A DNA stretch of 64,000 bases from Gemmatimonadota bacterium (GTDB lineage Bacteria; Gemmatimonadota; Gemmatimonadetes; Palauibacterales; Palauibacteraceae): contig JBDHAC010000003.1 of NCBI GenBank assembly GCA_039588275.1, positions 56,855 to 120,854 of the forward strand, in the 5' to 3' direction. Within the stretch, counting starts at the first letter, position 1, and the number at the start of each line of letters is the position of its first letter. A program made the translations under genes and the position numbers. The notes beneath the pieces were generated by a model, which worked only from the letters and a program-made list of their open reading frames with translations, ran no database searches and was not told where the DNA came from. Positions 37,121 through 46,276 of this stretch are shown here, piece by piece.

Positions 37121-38716
37121 CTAGGTCGGGCCACCGTCTTCGCCCGCGGTGAGCGCATCGCGCGTCCTGATCGAGAGCTCGGTGATCAGCTCCGGGCCGT
37201 AACGAGCGAGATAGTAGTACGGGCTGACAGCTCGCTCCTGCGGGTCGCCGTCCGGGAACAGGTGCGCGGCGCACTTTCGTACCGACTGTAGTCGCGAGGC
37301 CTCTCGCTCGCGCACGCCCGCGTCGATCCGGCTGCTGACCGCGCCGAGCGCGTCGAGCACCTGCTTTCGCGCCTTCCCGACCGCGGAGCGCAGCCCGGGG
37401 AGCTCCTCACCGACGGCGCCCTCGAGCGCGTCGAAACGGGGTGCGATGCCTTCGCGAAGCTCGACCAGAGCCGCATCGACGGCGGGTGGGCGAGAGTCTC
37501 GAGTAATCCGGGTGGCCACCGCTTCTCCGCCGTCCGCCAGATCCTCCGGCGACGCATCGAGCCGATCCAGCAGATGGGCGATCTTCGATTCCACGAGAGT
37601 CCACGCCGCACGAGGCTGGATGCGGGGCACCGTCACGTCATACCGGGCGAAGAGCGGCGGAAGCTGGCTCCAATACGCGATCTCGCCCGGACCCAGGACC
37701 GTCGCCGTCACGGGCAAGAGCCACGACTCGAGCACGGGCCGCGATGCCACGTTCGGGCTGAACCGCTCGGGTGCGTCATGCAGCCATGCCGTCAGCTCGT
37801 CCTCCGTCACCCTCTCCCCCTCCCTGCCCAGGCGGAATCCCTCGTCCGCCCGGTACAGGCGCTCTCTTCGCGCACCGGTGTCGAGAAACAACGGGTAGGC
37901 GTCCGGCAGCAGCGTGATCGGCGCTTCATGGCCCGCCTCGCCCAACCGCCGGGCACCCTCCGAGAGCGCCTCTTCGGCGGTGCCCTCGTCTTCGATGATG
38001 CGGCGGACGAGCGGGACGCTGGCTCGTTTTACCTCGGGATTGGCGGAGTCGAGCCACGCGAAGTCAAAGGATTCGAGCGCGTACGCAAGGACGTCGGCAA
38101 AGGCCTCACCCAGCGGCCGGCCGGCTTCGTACGCACCTCTAATCTGATTCATGTACTGTGGCGCAAACTCAGACGCAGGAAGCGCTTGCACCAGTTCACC
38201 CAGCGGTATCTCGATCGACGCATCCAGTGGCGTGGTTCCCACAGACCGGCCAGCCCGACCATCCGGCGGAGCGAGACTCAGGCGTCTCAGCGCGCCGGAC
38301 GCATCGATGACGGACGCCGAACCGACCTCGGCCCAGTCATGGTCGTCCGACGCGATCCAGAAGACCGCCAGGGTCGGAGCCCCGGTGTCCGTCTCGATTC
38401 GACGTGCGAGCTCGATGGCGGTGAGCGCCTTGTAGAGCACGAACAGCGGACCCAGGAAGAGGAGCGGTTGCTGGCCTGTCGTGACGAGGTGGCCCGAGCC
38501 GGCGAGGATGGCCTCGAGCTTGGCCTCGGCGACGGGGCTCGAGCACCCGAAGACGGAGGTCTCGAGCTTCCCTGGCCGACCCGCGGGGGAGACCTCGAAC
38601 GAGGATCCGCGCTCGATCAGGGGCAACTCGATCCCCGCCCTGCAGGCCACGAGGTCCCCCGTGAGTGTACCGCGCGGCGCCGCCGGCCGGGGGCGGATCT
38701 CCGGCAGGTGGCTCAC
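37121..38716 (-). CDS. bshC: bacillithiol biosynthesis cysteine-adding enzyme BshC
   Basis: VTTGQQ, YKA, FWIASDDHDWAEV, SPNV, GPGEIAYW, PQER. Confidence 0.9.
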   Translation of the reverse strand: MSHLPEIRPRPAAPRGTLTGDLVACRAGIELPLIERGSSFEVSPAGRPGKLETSVFGCSSPVAEAKLEAILAGSGHLVTTGQQPLLFLGPLFVLYKALTAIELARRIETDTGAPTLAVFWIASDDHDWAEVGSASVIDASGALRRLSLAPPDGRAGRSVGTTPLDASIEIPLGELVQALPASEFAPQYMNQIRGAYEAGRPLGEAFADVLAYALESFDFAWLDSANPEVKRASVPLVRRIIEDEGTAEEALSEGARRLGEAGHEAPITLLPDAYPLFLDTGARRERLYRADEGFRLGREGERVTEDELTAWLHDAPERFSPNVASRPVLESWLLPVTATVLGPGEIAYWSQLPPLFARYDVTVPRIQPRAAWTLVESKIAHLLDRLDASPEDLADGGEAVATRITRDSRPPAVDAALVELREGIAPRFDALEGAVGEELPGLRSAVGKARKQVLDALGAVSSRIDAGVREREASRLQSVRKCAAHLFPDGDPQERAVSPYYYLARYGPELITELSIRTRDALTAGEDGGPT

Positions 38717-39468
38717 GCCGCCACACCGGCGATAAGGAGCCGCGAAGAGTCGGACCCGAATGGCGCGCCCCCGTAATCTCCGAAGCGGGCGCTCACCTCG
38801 AGACCGTGGCGTTCCAGCAACGCGCCGAGCTCGTCGGGCTCGTACAGACGCACGCGCTCATGAAAGACCTGCGGTGCGTCCTCGACCGCACCATCTCGTC
38901 CACGCGGAAAGATCTCTATTCGCTTGATCACGTGCCCTGTCTCGATCCAGCGCCGCTGCCGAACCCGGCGTCCGTCCGTCTCGACGTCCGTCTCGGCCTC
39001 GAGGTTCGCCATCACCCACGGCGCGTTCATGTAATCGAGGAGAAACATGCCCCCGGGTCTCACGACGCGACGCATCTCCCGAACCACGAGACGGTCCTCA
39101 TCCTCCGACGCGAAGTAACCGAACGACGTGAAGAAGTTGACCAGGGCGTCGAACGTGCCATCTCGAAAGGGCAGGTAGCGCATGTCGCCGCGGACCAGTG
39201 ACCCGGCCACTCCGGGGCGTTTCGCCGCATCGCGCAGCAACCGCGCCGAAAGGTCCAGACCCACGGACCGGTATCCGGCAGCCAGGAGCTTCTCCAGGTG
39301 TCGTCCGTAGCCGCATGCCAGGTCCAGAACGCGGCCGCCGGGCTCGGGCGCCGCCTCGCGTTGGAAGAGACGCACCCCCGCCTCCGCTTCCGCCTCGTCG
39401 CGGTGCGGGTACAGGGAGAGGTAGGTCTCCCCGAACCAGTCGCGGAACCACTCGGCCGGCGCGCTCAT
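38713..39468 (-). CDS. class I SAM-dependent methyltransferase
   Basis: WFRDWFGETYLSLYPHRD, VLDLACGYGRH, GLDLS, GDMR, FTSFGYF. Confidence 0.9.
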   Translation of the reverse strand: MSAPAEWFRDWFGETYLSLYPHRDEAEAEAGVRLFQREAAPEPGGRVLDLACGYGRHLEKLLAAGYRSVGLDLSARLLRDAAKRPGVAGSLVRGDMRYLPFRDGTFDALVNFFTSFGYFASEDEDRLVVREMRRVVRPGGMFLLDYMNAPWVMANLEAETDVETDGRRVRQRRWIETGHVIKRIEIFPRGRDGAVEDAPQVFHERVRLYEPDELGALLERHGLEVSARFGDYGGAPFGSDSSRLLIAGVAA

Positions 39469-39938
39469 GGGCCCTTGTGGTACGCCTCACCGCGGATGAG
39501 CGTACCGGCCCGATACAGCTGCTCCGTGAGAAACAATCGCGCCAGTTCATGCGGGAGAGTCATCTCCGAGAGCGACAGACGCATATGCGCGCGACCGAGC
39601 ACCTCATCGCCGAGGCCATGCGCTCCCCCGACCGCGAACGCAGCTCCCGCCCGTCCATACGTCGCCATGTCCTCCAGGTACGCCGCGAGCGCGCGGGTGT
39701 CGAGCGCCTTCCCTGCCCTGGTCAGCGCGACCAGCTCCAGAGCGCTGGGGATGATGCGCAGCAGGGCCTCCGCCTCACGCGCTCGCGCTTCGGCCTCGCG
39801 GGCGTCGGGAAGCGAGGCCGCGCTCACCTCGACAGATCGGAGTCGGAAGTAGTGGCTCGCGCGCAGCTCGTAATGGCGGATCGCGTCAGCGAGCCCTGGG
39901 CTGCGTGGCTTCCCGACCGCGGCGATGAGGATCTCCAT
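39465..39938 (-). CDS. rlmH: 23S rRNA pseudouridine-1915 N3-methyltransferase
   Basis: AVGK, VGGAHGL, LSLSEMTLPHELARLFLTEQLYRA, YHK. Confidence 0.95.
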   Translation of the reverse strand: MEILIAAVGKPRSPGLADAIRHYELRASHYFRLRSVEVSAASLPDAREAEARAREAEALLRIIPSALELVALTRAGKALDTRALAAYLEDMATYGRAGAAFAVGGAHGLGDEVLGRAHMRLSLSEMTLPHELARLFLTEQLYRAGTLIRGEAYHKGP

Positions 39939-41521
39939 CAGCGAGCGAGCACCGTGTCGCGCAGGTAGCGCTCGCTATCGCGGTGCGGATGACTGTCCGT
40001 GAAGTGCAGTCCGCGACTCTCGAGACGTCGCTGGGCGCTCCGTACGATCAGGCTGGAGACGAGAATCTGGAACTCCGTTTCGCGCGCCCGCATGGCCCCG
40101 AACGGATCGGTGGGACGGGCAACGGGCTGGACAGAGAAGCGATCCAATCGCGACCGAGCTTCCGCCAGCCCTTCGTCCGAGCGGACGAGGCCCACGTGCT
40201 CCCACATCAACGAACGCAGCTCCTCCTCGATATCCGAGACATCCGCTCCGTCCTGCGGCTCCGGGGTAGCGGCGCCCAGACGGTCGGAGGGGCGTCCGAG
40301 GGCTGGGAGGTCGACGTGCAGGCGAAGCGCGGTTCGGTGCGAGAAGACCACGGCTTCGAGGAGCGAATTGGAGGCTAAACGGTTCGCTCCGTGCACGCCC
40401 GTACACGCCACTTCGCCCGCGGCGTACAAACCTGGGAGCGAGGTGCGTCCGTCCCAGTCCGTGAGGAGCCCGCCACACTGGTAATGCGCGGCCGGGACGA
40501 CCGGGATCGGCTGCTCGGGCAGCTCGATTCCCGCGTCTCGGCATGCACTGAAGATCGTCGGGAAGCGCTCCTCGAATCGGTCGGTCGAGATCGACGACGC
40601 GTCCAGGAGAGCGTGAGTCTCGCCCGAGCGCTGCATCTCCGCGTGGATCGCGCGTGCCACGATGTCGCGGGGCGCCAACGATCCGGCGGGATGGACGCCG
40701 TCCATCAACTCGGTGCCATCCGATCGGCGCAGGACCGCGCCCTCTCCGCGTACGGCTTCGGAGATGAGGAACGCGCGCTCGCCGGCCGCGCCAGCCGGGT
40801 ATAGCGCCGTCGGGTGAAACTGAACGAATTCCAGATTGGCCACCGCGGCGCCGGCCTCGTACCCGATCGCGATCCCGTCCCCCGTGGCTATGGCTGGATT
40901 CGTCGTGTGCCGATACAACCGCCCGCAGCCCCCGGTCGTGAGGGCGACGGCGCCGGCGCGCACGTCCACGTACTCGTCGCCGTGCACACTCAGAAGAAGG
41001 GCCCCCCCGCAGCGCGGTCGCCGCGTGTCGGAATGAGGCGCCGTCACCAGACTCCACACGAAGTGGTCGTCCAGCAGCTGGATTCGATCGCTGGACGCGA
41101 CGGCCGCCAGCAGGGCCCGTTCGATCTCGCTGCCGGTCAGGTCCGCCGCATGAACGATGCGCCTGCGGCTGTGCCCGGCTTCGCGTCCCAACGAGAGCTG
41201 GCCATCGGACTCTCGGCTGAAGCGGACGCCCCAATCCAGAAGCTCCTCCACCCGGTCGGGGCCTTCACGCGCCAACTCCTCCACGGCGCGTCGGTGGCAC
41301 AAGCCCGCTCCGGCCACGAGCGTGTCTCCCACGTGCAGGTCGAACGAATCGTCGTCCGACACGACCGCCGCTACACCGCCCTGCGCGTAGTTCGTGCTCG
41401 AATCGACCCGGTCCTTCTTCGTAACCAGCAACACGTCGGCATAACGTGCCGCCTTCAGGGCCAGCGTCAGACCCGCGATCCCGCTGCCGACCACGAGCAC
41501 GTCGGTTTCCAGCGTGTTCAT
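39938..41521 (-). CDS. nadB: L-aspartate oxidase
   Basis: GSGIAGL, YAQGG, EAGHSRRRIVH, QFHPT, LISEAVRGEG, LAPRDIV, HGANRLASNSLLE, ESRGLH. Confidence 0.95.
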   Translation of the reverse strand: MNTLETDVLVVGSGIAGLTLALKAARYADVLLVTKKDRVDSSTNYAQGGVAAVVSDDDSFDLHVGDTLVAGAGLCHRRAVEELAREGPDRVEELLDWGVRFSRESDGQLSLGREAGHSRRRIVHAADLTGSEIERALLAAVASSDRIQLLDDHFVWSLVTAPHSDTRRPRCGGALLLSVHGDEYVDVRAGAVALTTGGCGRLYRHTTNPAIATGDGIAIGYEAGAAVANLEFVQFHPTALYPAGAAGERAFLISEAVRGEGAVLRRSDGTELMDGVHPAGSLAPRDIVARAIHAEMQRSGETHALLDASSISTDRFEERFPTIFSACRDAGIELPEQPIPVVPAAHYQCGGLLTDWDGRTSLPGLYAAGEVACTGVHGANRLASNSLLEAVVFSHRTALRLHVDLPALGRPSDRLGAATPEPQDGADVSDIEEELRSLMWEHVGLVRSDEGLAEARSRLDRFSVQPVARPTDPFGAMRARETEFQILVSSLIVRSAQRRLESRGLHFTDSHPHRDSERYLRDTVLAR

Positions 41522-43161
41522 GCCAAGCTCGCCTCCCGCAGTCGCCTCCGAAGCGGGGCCAGCCCCGATATCCATTCGACCCGCTCGCCCAGGAACCAAA
41601 GCGGGACCGAATCGGGAATGCGATACGAAATCCTTGATACGTCTTTGCCGGTGATGACGAGTCCCCCGGATCCTGCTTCCGCGATCGTTCCCTTCATGTC
41701 CTCATTGCTTGGCGCCGTATGATCGGGCAGAGCGTGGCGGTGTGACACACCCGGACACATCTGCTCGACCTGCTCGAAGAAGAGATTCGGCTTCATGATC
41801 CCGGTCAAGGCGACCGTGGGCCGTGGCATCGATATCCGGGCCGCGGCGTCGTTCACGGGCACCAGCTCATCCGGCACGAGCGCGCAGCGCGCGAGGTCTG
41901 CCTCCCGGCAGCGACGCCCGATCCACTCCGCGAGCTCGGCGCCTGCTGCCCGGTCGCCATCGCGTCCCGCGAGCACGATTACGTGCGCGCGTCCGAGAGA
42001 TCCGATCCGCTCCCGGAACGGGCCCGCCGGTAGCCGTCGACGGTTGGTGCGGCGCATGGCATCCAGATCGAGCACGACAATCTCCAGGTCGCGCATGAGA
42101 CGCCTGTGCTGAAAGCCGTCATCCAGCAAAGCGACCGTGGCTCCGGCCCTGGCGGCCGCCAGGGCGGCAACGCGCCGGTCCTGGTGGCCCATCACAAGAG
42201 CGCGGGGGTTCATGGCGCGGTGGAGTGCCAGCTCGTCCGCATAGCCACGCGTGAGAATCGCTACCGTGCGCCCGTCAGCCGCGAGCCAGCGCGCGAACTC
42301 CGCAGCCAGGGGGGTCTTGCCGCTGCCGCCCACGGTGAGTCCCCCGACCGAGAGCACCGGGATGGAGGCACGCCAGCCGGTCAGCACCCCCGCGTCGTAC
42401 AGAAGGTGGCGTGTCTCGGCCGCCGTCGAGAAGACGGCTTCGGCGCCGCGCAGGAGCGGCCCGGGGCGCCCCTTCCACGCATGCCGGACGCGGGTCTCGA
42501 TACGCCGGCGGAAGGGCGAGGGCGAGGTGGTCCGTCTCTCACACCGCTCGACCTCCAGGTTCAGGGCCCGCTCGATCCTGGCCATTCCCGCGGCGAGCGA
42601 CGGCTCATCCGCATCGCGTATCCAAATCGGAGCCCCGTACGACACGTACACCCGTGCGCCGGGCGACGGAATCATGAATCGATCCCAACTGTTCAGGCGC
42701 CAGCCGCGGGTCGCAGAGACTCCGACAGGGACGATCGGAAGCTCCGTCTCCGCGGCGGCCTTGAGCAGGCCGGGCTTGCAGCGCCGTCGGGGCCCTCGTG
42801 GGCCGTCGGGTGAAAACGCCAGCGTACCGCCTTCCTTGCCGGCCCGGATCATCTCCCGCAGACCGGCCGCACCCCCGCGCGTGCTGGAGCCTCGCGAGGG
42901 CGTGTAACCGAGCCGCAGCAACAGCCGTGAGATGATCTCGCCATCTCGATGGCGGCTCACGAGGACGTTCGCCCCCTCTGCGGCATGCAGCCGCGCGAGC
43001 GGCAGTAGATGCTCGTGCCAGAACGCGTAGATGACCGGCTGCCGCTCCGGGTCCGGGCGAGCGGCCGACTCGGCGAGCTGGTCGAAGTGCCACGTGCGCC
43101 CGGCCAGCAACGCCGCGCGGCCCATGACGACGGCGAGATTGACCGGCAGCTTCACATCCAC
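41518..43161 (-). CDS. lpxK: fusion of DUF374 (lysophospholipid acyltransferase-like) and tetraacyldisaccharide 4'-kinase LpxK
   Basis: N-half: FWHE, SRHRDG, RGSSTRGG, PDGPRGP, SWDRF; C-half: SVGGLTVGGSGKTP, TRGY, LDDGFQH, LPAGPFRE, PDH; single uninterrupted frame. Confidence 0.88.
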   Translation of the reverse strand: MDVKLPVNLAVVMGRAALLAGRTWHFDQLAESAARPDPERQPVIYAFWHEHLLPLARLHAAEGANVLVSRHRDGEIISRLLLRLGYTPSRGSSTRGGAAGLREMIRAGKEGGTLAFSPDGPRGPRRRCKPGLLKAAAETELPIVPVGVSATRGWRLNSWDRFMIPSPGARVYVSYGAPIWIRDADEPSLAAGMARIERALNLEVERCERRTTSPSPFRRRIETRVRHAWKGRPGPLLRGAEAVFSTAAETRHLLYDAGVLTGWRASIPVLSVGGLTVGGSGKTPLAAEFARWLAADGRTVAILTRGYADELALHRAMNPRALVMGHQDRRVAALAAARAGATVALLDDGFQHRRLMRDLEIVVLDLDAMRRTNRRRLPAGPFRERIGSLGRAHVIVLAGRDGDRAAGAELAEWIGRRCREADLARCALVPDELVPVNDAAARISMPRPTVALTGIMKPNLFFEQVEQMCPGVSHRHALPDHTAPSNEDMKGTIAEAGSGGLVITGKDVSRISYRIPDSVPLWFLGERVEWISGLAPLRRRLREASLA

Positions 43162-43185
43162 CTCGGGAGTTCCTCGGCGACCTGA

Positions 43186-44370
43186 CTACGCCGCGTCGAG
43201 AAGCTCGAGCGCATGCCGGGCCACACGCCCCGCGCAACCCGGCTGCCCGAGCCGGGAGCGGACGTCGGCGAGCCCCCGAACGACCCGTCGTCTCTCCGCG
43301 CTTTCCTCATCGAGCAGCGGCAGCACACGTCTTGCCAGCGCGCGCGGGGTCAGGTCCCCCTGTATCAGCTCGGGGACCAATCGCTCCTCCGCTACCAGGT
43401 TGGCGAGCGCGATGTGGGGCACACGCACCAACCGCTTCGCGATCTGGTACGTGATCGGATGCATCCGGTAGCCCACCACCATGGGAACCCCCGCGATCGC
43501 GAGCTGCAGGGTGATCGTGCCCGACTTGCAAAGCGCCGCCCGCGACGAAGCGATCGCCTGTTCGGCTGTCACGAGCGGGTAGGGGGCCGCCTCGTACACC
43601 TGGGGTACGAGATCCGGCTCGCGCGCGATCAGTATCTGGAGTCCGGGGTGCGCCCGCGAGATTCGGTCGGCAGCCGCCAGCAAGATTGGCAGGATCCGCT
43701 TCACTTCCTGACGGCGGGAGCCCGGAAACAGGCCGAGGGTGGCCGGCTCTTCGCCGGCGCCGGCGATGTTCGTGCGCGATGGCTCTGTATCCGGCCCGTC
43801 CGTGGGATGATCCCTCGCGACCGATGTGTCGAGCAACGGGTGCCCGACGAAGTGCGCGCGGACCCCGTAGCTGGTCAGCATCTCTTGCTCGAACGGCAAG
43901 ATGACGCACACGCGATCCGTGTTCGCCGCCAGTCGTCGGGCCCGGCCCTCTCTCCACGCCCACACCTGAGGCGCGATGTAATACAGCACTCGGGTCCCGC
44001 TACGTCGAGCGGCCCCGGCCAGTTGCATGTTGAACCCGGGGAAATCGATGGGGATCAGGAGGTCGATGTTCCGCTCACTCAGGAATCGGCGGACGCGCCC
44101 ACGGAGACGGGCGATGCGGGGGAGGCTCCGGACGATCTCGGCGAAGCCCATGACCGCGAGCTGACCCAGGTCGGCGAGCAGCTGCACGCCGGCGCTCGAC
44201 ATCCGGTGCCCGCCGATGCCGTACAGCTGCAGGTTCGGATCGAGGTTCAGGAGCGCGCGCGCCAACGCGGCCCCGTGCATATCCCCCGAGGTCTCACCCG
44301 CGGACAGGAAGACAGCGCGCCCTCGGTCGGAGCCCGTCATCGAGCGTCGCGCGACGTTGCCGGGACTCAC
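43186..44370 (-). CDS. lpxB: lipid-A-disaccharide synthase
   Basis: AGETSGD, VMGF, IDFPGFN, PQVWAWR, FVGHPL, PGSR, SGT, ELIQ; start 44370 or 44340. Confidence 0.95.
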   Translation of the reverse strand: MSPGNVARRSMTGSDRGRAVFLSAGETSGDMHGAALARALLNLDPNLQLYGIGGHRMSSAGVQLLADLGQLAVMGFAEIVRSLPRIARLRGRVRRFLSERNIDLLIPIDFPGFNMQLAGAARRSGTRVLYYIAPQVWAWREGRARRLAANTDRVCVILPFEQEMLTSYGVRAHFVGHPLLDTSVARDHPTDGPDTEPSRTNIAGAGEEPATLGLFPGSRRQEVKRILPILLAAADRISRAHPGLQILIAREPDLVPQVYEAAPYPLVTAEQAIASSRAALCKSGTITLQLAIAGVPMVVGYRMHPITYQIAKRLVRVPHIALANLVAEERLVPELIQGDLTPRALARRVLPLLDEESAERRRVVRGLADVRSRLGQPGCAGRVARHALELLDAA

Positions 44371-44395
44371 GCTCGGCAGGCCGCTGAACGCCTGC

Positions 44396-44530
44396 CTACG
44401 AGATCCGCCCGAGATAGACGATCAGCAACAGCACGACCGCCAACAGCAACACCAGCACGATGGTGCGTGGGCCGCGTCGCACGGCGCCTCCGAGCTTCTT
44501 TCGATCTTCACGAATCTTGAGCAACGACAT
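44396..44530 (-). CDS. 44-aa single-pass membrane protein (below ORF-track cutoff)
   Basis: MSLLKIREDRKKLGGAVRRGPRTIVLVLLLAVVLLLIVYLGRIS*, GAGGA 8 nt upstream; fills the gap between the oxidoreductase and lpxB. Confidence 0.65.
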   Translation of the reverse strand: MSLLKIREDRKKLGGAVRRGPRTIVLVLLLAVVLLLIVYLGRIS

Positions 44531-45479
44531 CCGCGAATTCCTCGATTTCTCGCGTGATTTCGAGAGCGACGGCGAGAGCCCGCCTTCCCTCTCGGGCGGT
44601 CACGAGCCGCGAGGCTTCACCGCGGATCGCCTGGAGAAACGCCTCCAGCTCGAGCCGTAGAGGCTCCACCTGCGCCGCCGCGATCTCGACTCGGTCCACG
44701 AGATCCTCCGGGCCGCCGGCGACGCCGAGAGGGTCGCTCCCTCGTCTCAAAAACTCGCCGCGTCCGGCCCGCAGATCCAGACTGAAGTAGCCTGAGCTCT
44801 GGAAGAGGCGAAGCTGTCTCAGCGGCCGGGCGGAAACCCGACTGGCCGTAATGTTGGCGACCGTCCCGTCCTCGAAGGCCAGGCGCGCGTTCGCAATGTC
44901 CACCGAAGACGACACGACCGGAACCCCGACCGCCCTCACTTCGACGACACGACCGCGCACCAGGCCGAGAACGAGATCGATGTCGTGGATCATCAGATCG
45001 AGGATGACCGTCACGTCCGTGCCGCGCGGCTGAAAAGGGGCCAGCCTGAGCGACTCGATGAACCGAGGCCGATCGATGTACGGCTCACATCCCATGAGCA
45101 CGCCGTTGAAGCGCTCCACGTGGCCGACCCCGAGCACGACCCTACAGGCATCCGCCAGAGAGACCAGCCGATCGGCCTCCTCGAGCGTGCGCGCGAGGGG
45201 CTTTTCGACGAGGGTGTGGCAGCCGGCCTCCAGCGCGACCTGCGCCGTCTCGAGATGAGCTCGTGTGGGGACTGCGATGACGGCGCCTTCAGCGGCTTCG
45301 AGCAGGGGGGAAAGCTGCGCGAAGCTGTGTGTCCCGATCCGCTCGGCGACAGCGCGCCCGCGCTCCGCATCCACGTCGTAGACGCCGACGAGCTTCGACC
45401 CGGGCAGCTCTTTGAGAAGGCGCGCGTGCTCGGCGCCGAGACGACCGACGCCGATCACACACGTGTGAATCGGGCTCAC
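44508..45479 (-). CDS. Gfo/Idh/MocA oxidoreductase (GnnA-like)
   Basis: GVGRLG, EKP, GHVERFN, DLMIHDID, TASRVS; between lpxA and lpxB. Confidence 0.88.
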   Translation of the reverse strand: MSPIHTCVIGVGRLGAEHARLLKELPGSKLVGVYDVDAERGRAVAERIGTHSFAQLSPLLEAAEGAVIAVPTRAHLETAQVALEAGCHTLVEKPLARTLEEADRLVSLADACRVVLGVGHVERFNGVLMGCEPYIDRPRFIESLRLAPFQPRGTDVTVILDLMIHDIDLVLGLVRGRVVEVRAVGVPVVSSSVDIANARLAFEDGTVANITASRVSARPLRQLRLFQSSGYFSLDLRAGRGEFLRRGSDPLGVAGGPEDLVDRVEIAAAQVEPLRLELEAFLQAIRGEASRLVTAREGRRALAVALEITREIEEFADVVAQDS

Positions 45480-46276
45480 GTGGTGATTCCGCGGCGACTC
45501 GCTCGGATAAAGGTGATCAGGCGCTCTACCTCCTCGTCGTGTCCGCCCTCCGCCTCCAGGGCATCCAACGAGTGACCGATGTTGCGATCCGATTGGAAGA
45601 TCCGGCGGTAGGCGACCCGGAGGGCCTCCATGGTCTCAGGAGAGAACCCGCGACGCCGAAGCCCGACGGTGTTGAGTCCGTAGGCGGCGCACGGGTTGCC
45701 CGCGACCATGACGTACGGGGCGACGTCTTGCGGAAGCCGTGAGCCGCCGCCCACGAAGCTGTGGCATCCGATACGAACGAACTGGTGAATAGCGGTGACG
45801 CCTCCCACGGTCGCCCAGTCATCGATCCGTACGTGGCCGCCCATATTCACCGCATTCGCAAGAACGACGTTGTTTCCGATGCGGCAGTCGTGCGCGACGT
45901 GCGCATACGCCATGATGAGCGAATCGGCCCCGACCACGGTCTTACCGGAGACGGCCGTACCGCGATTCAGCGTGGCGTACTCACGAATCACGGTCCGGGG
46001 GCCGACCTCCAGAAACGTCTGCTCCCCGGCGTACTTGAGGTCCTGCGGGTCGGTACCCAGGACGGCACCGGGTCCGATTCGGCAGTCTTCCCCCACGCAG
46101 GTATCCCGTTCCAGGTACGCGTGCGGCCCGATCTGGACCCGTTCTCCCACTTCGACGCCCGGACCGATTACTGCGTACGGACCGACCCTGGCGCTCGATG
46201 CGATCTGTGCGTCGGGGTCTATGATCGCCGTCGGGTGACGTACTTCAGCCGTGGTGACTACGCCTGGTGTCTTCAA
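45476..46276 (-). CDS. lpxA: UDP-N-acetylglucosamine acyltransferase
   Basis: Hexapeptide repeats, PQDLKY, IREYATLNRGT, HVAHDC, HQFVRIG, GLRRRGF. Confidence 0.96.
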   Translation of the reverse strand: MKTPGVVTTAEVRHPTAIIDPDAQIASSARVGPYAVIGPGVEVGERVQIGPHAYLERDTCVGEDCRIGPGAVLGTDPQDLKYAGEQTFLEVGPRTVIREYATLNRGTAVSGKTVVGADSLIMAYAHVAHDCRIGNNVVLANAVNMGGHVRIDDWATVGGVTAIHQFVRIGCHSFVGGGSRLPQDVAPYVMVAGNPCAAYGLNTVGLRRRGFSPETMEALRVAYRRIFQSDRNIGHSLDALEAEGGHDEEVERLITFIRASRRGITT

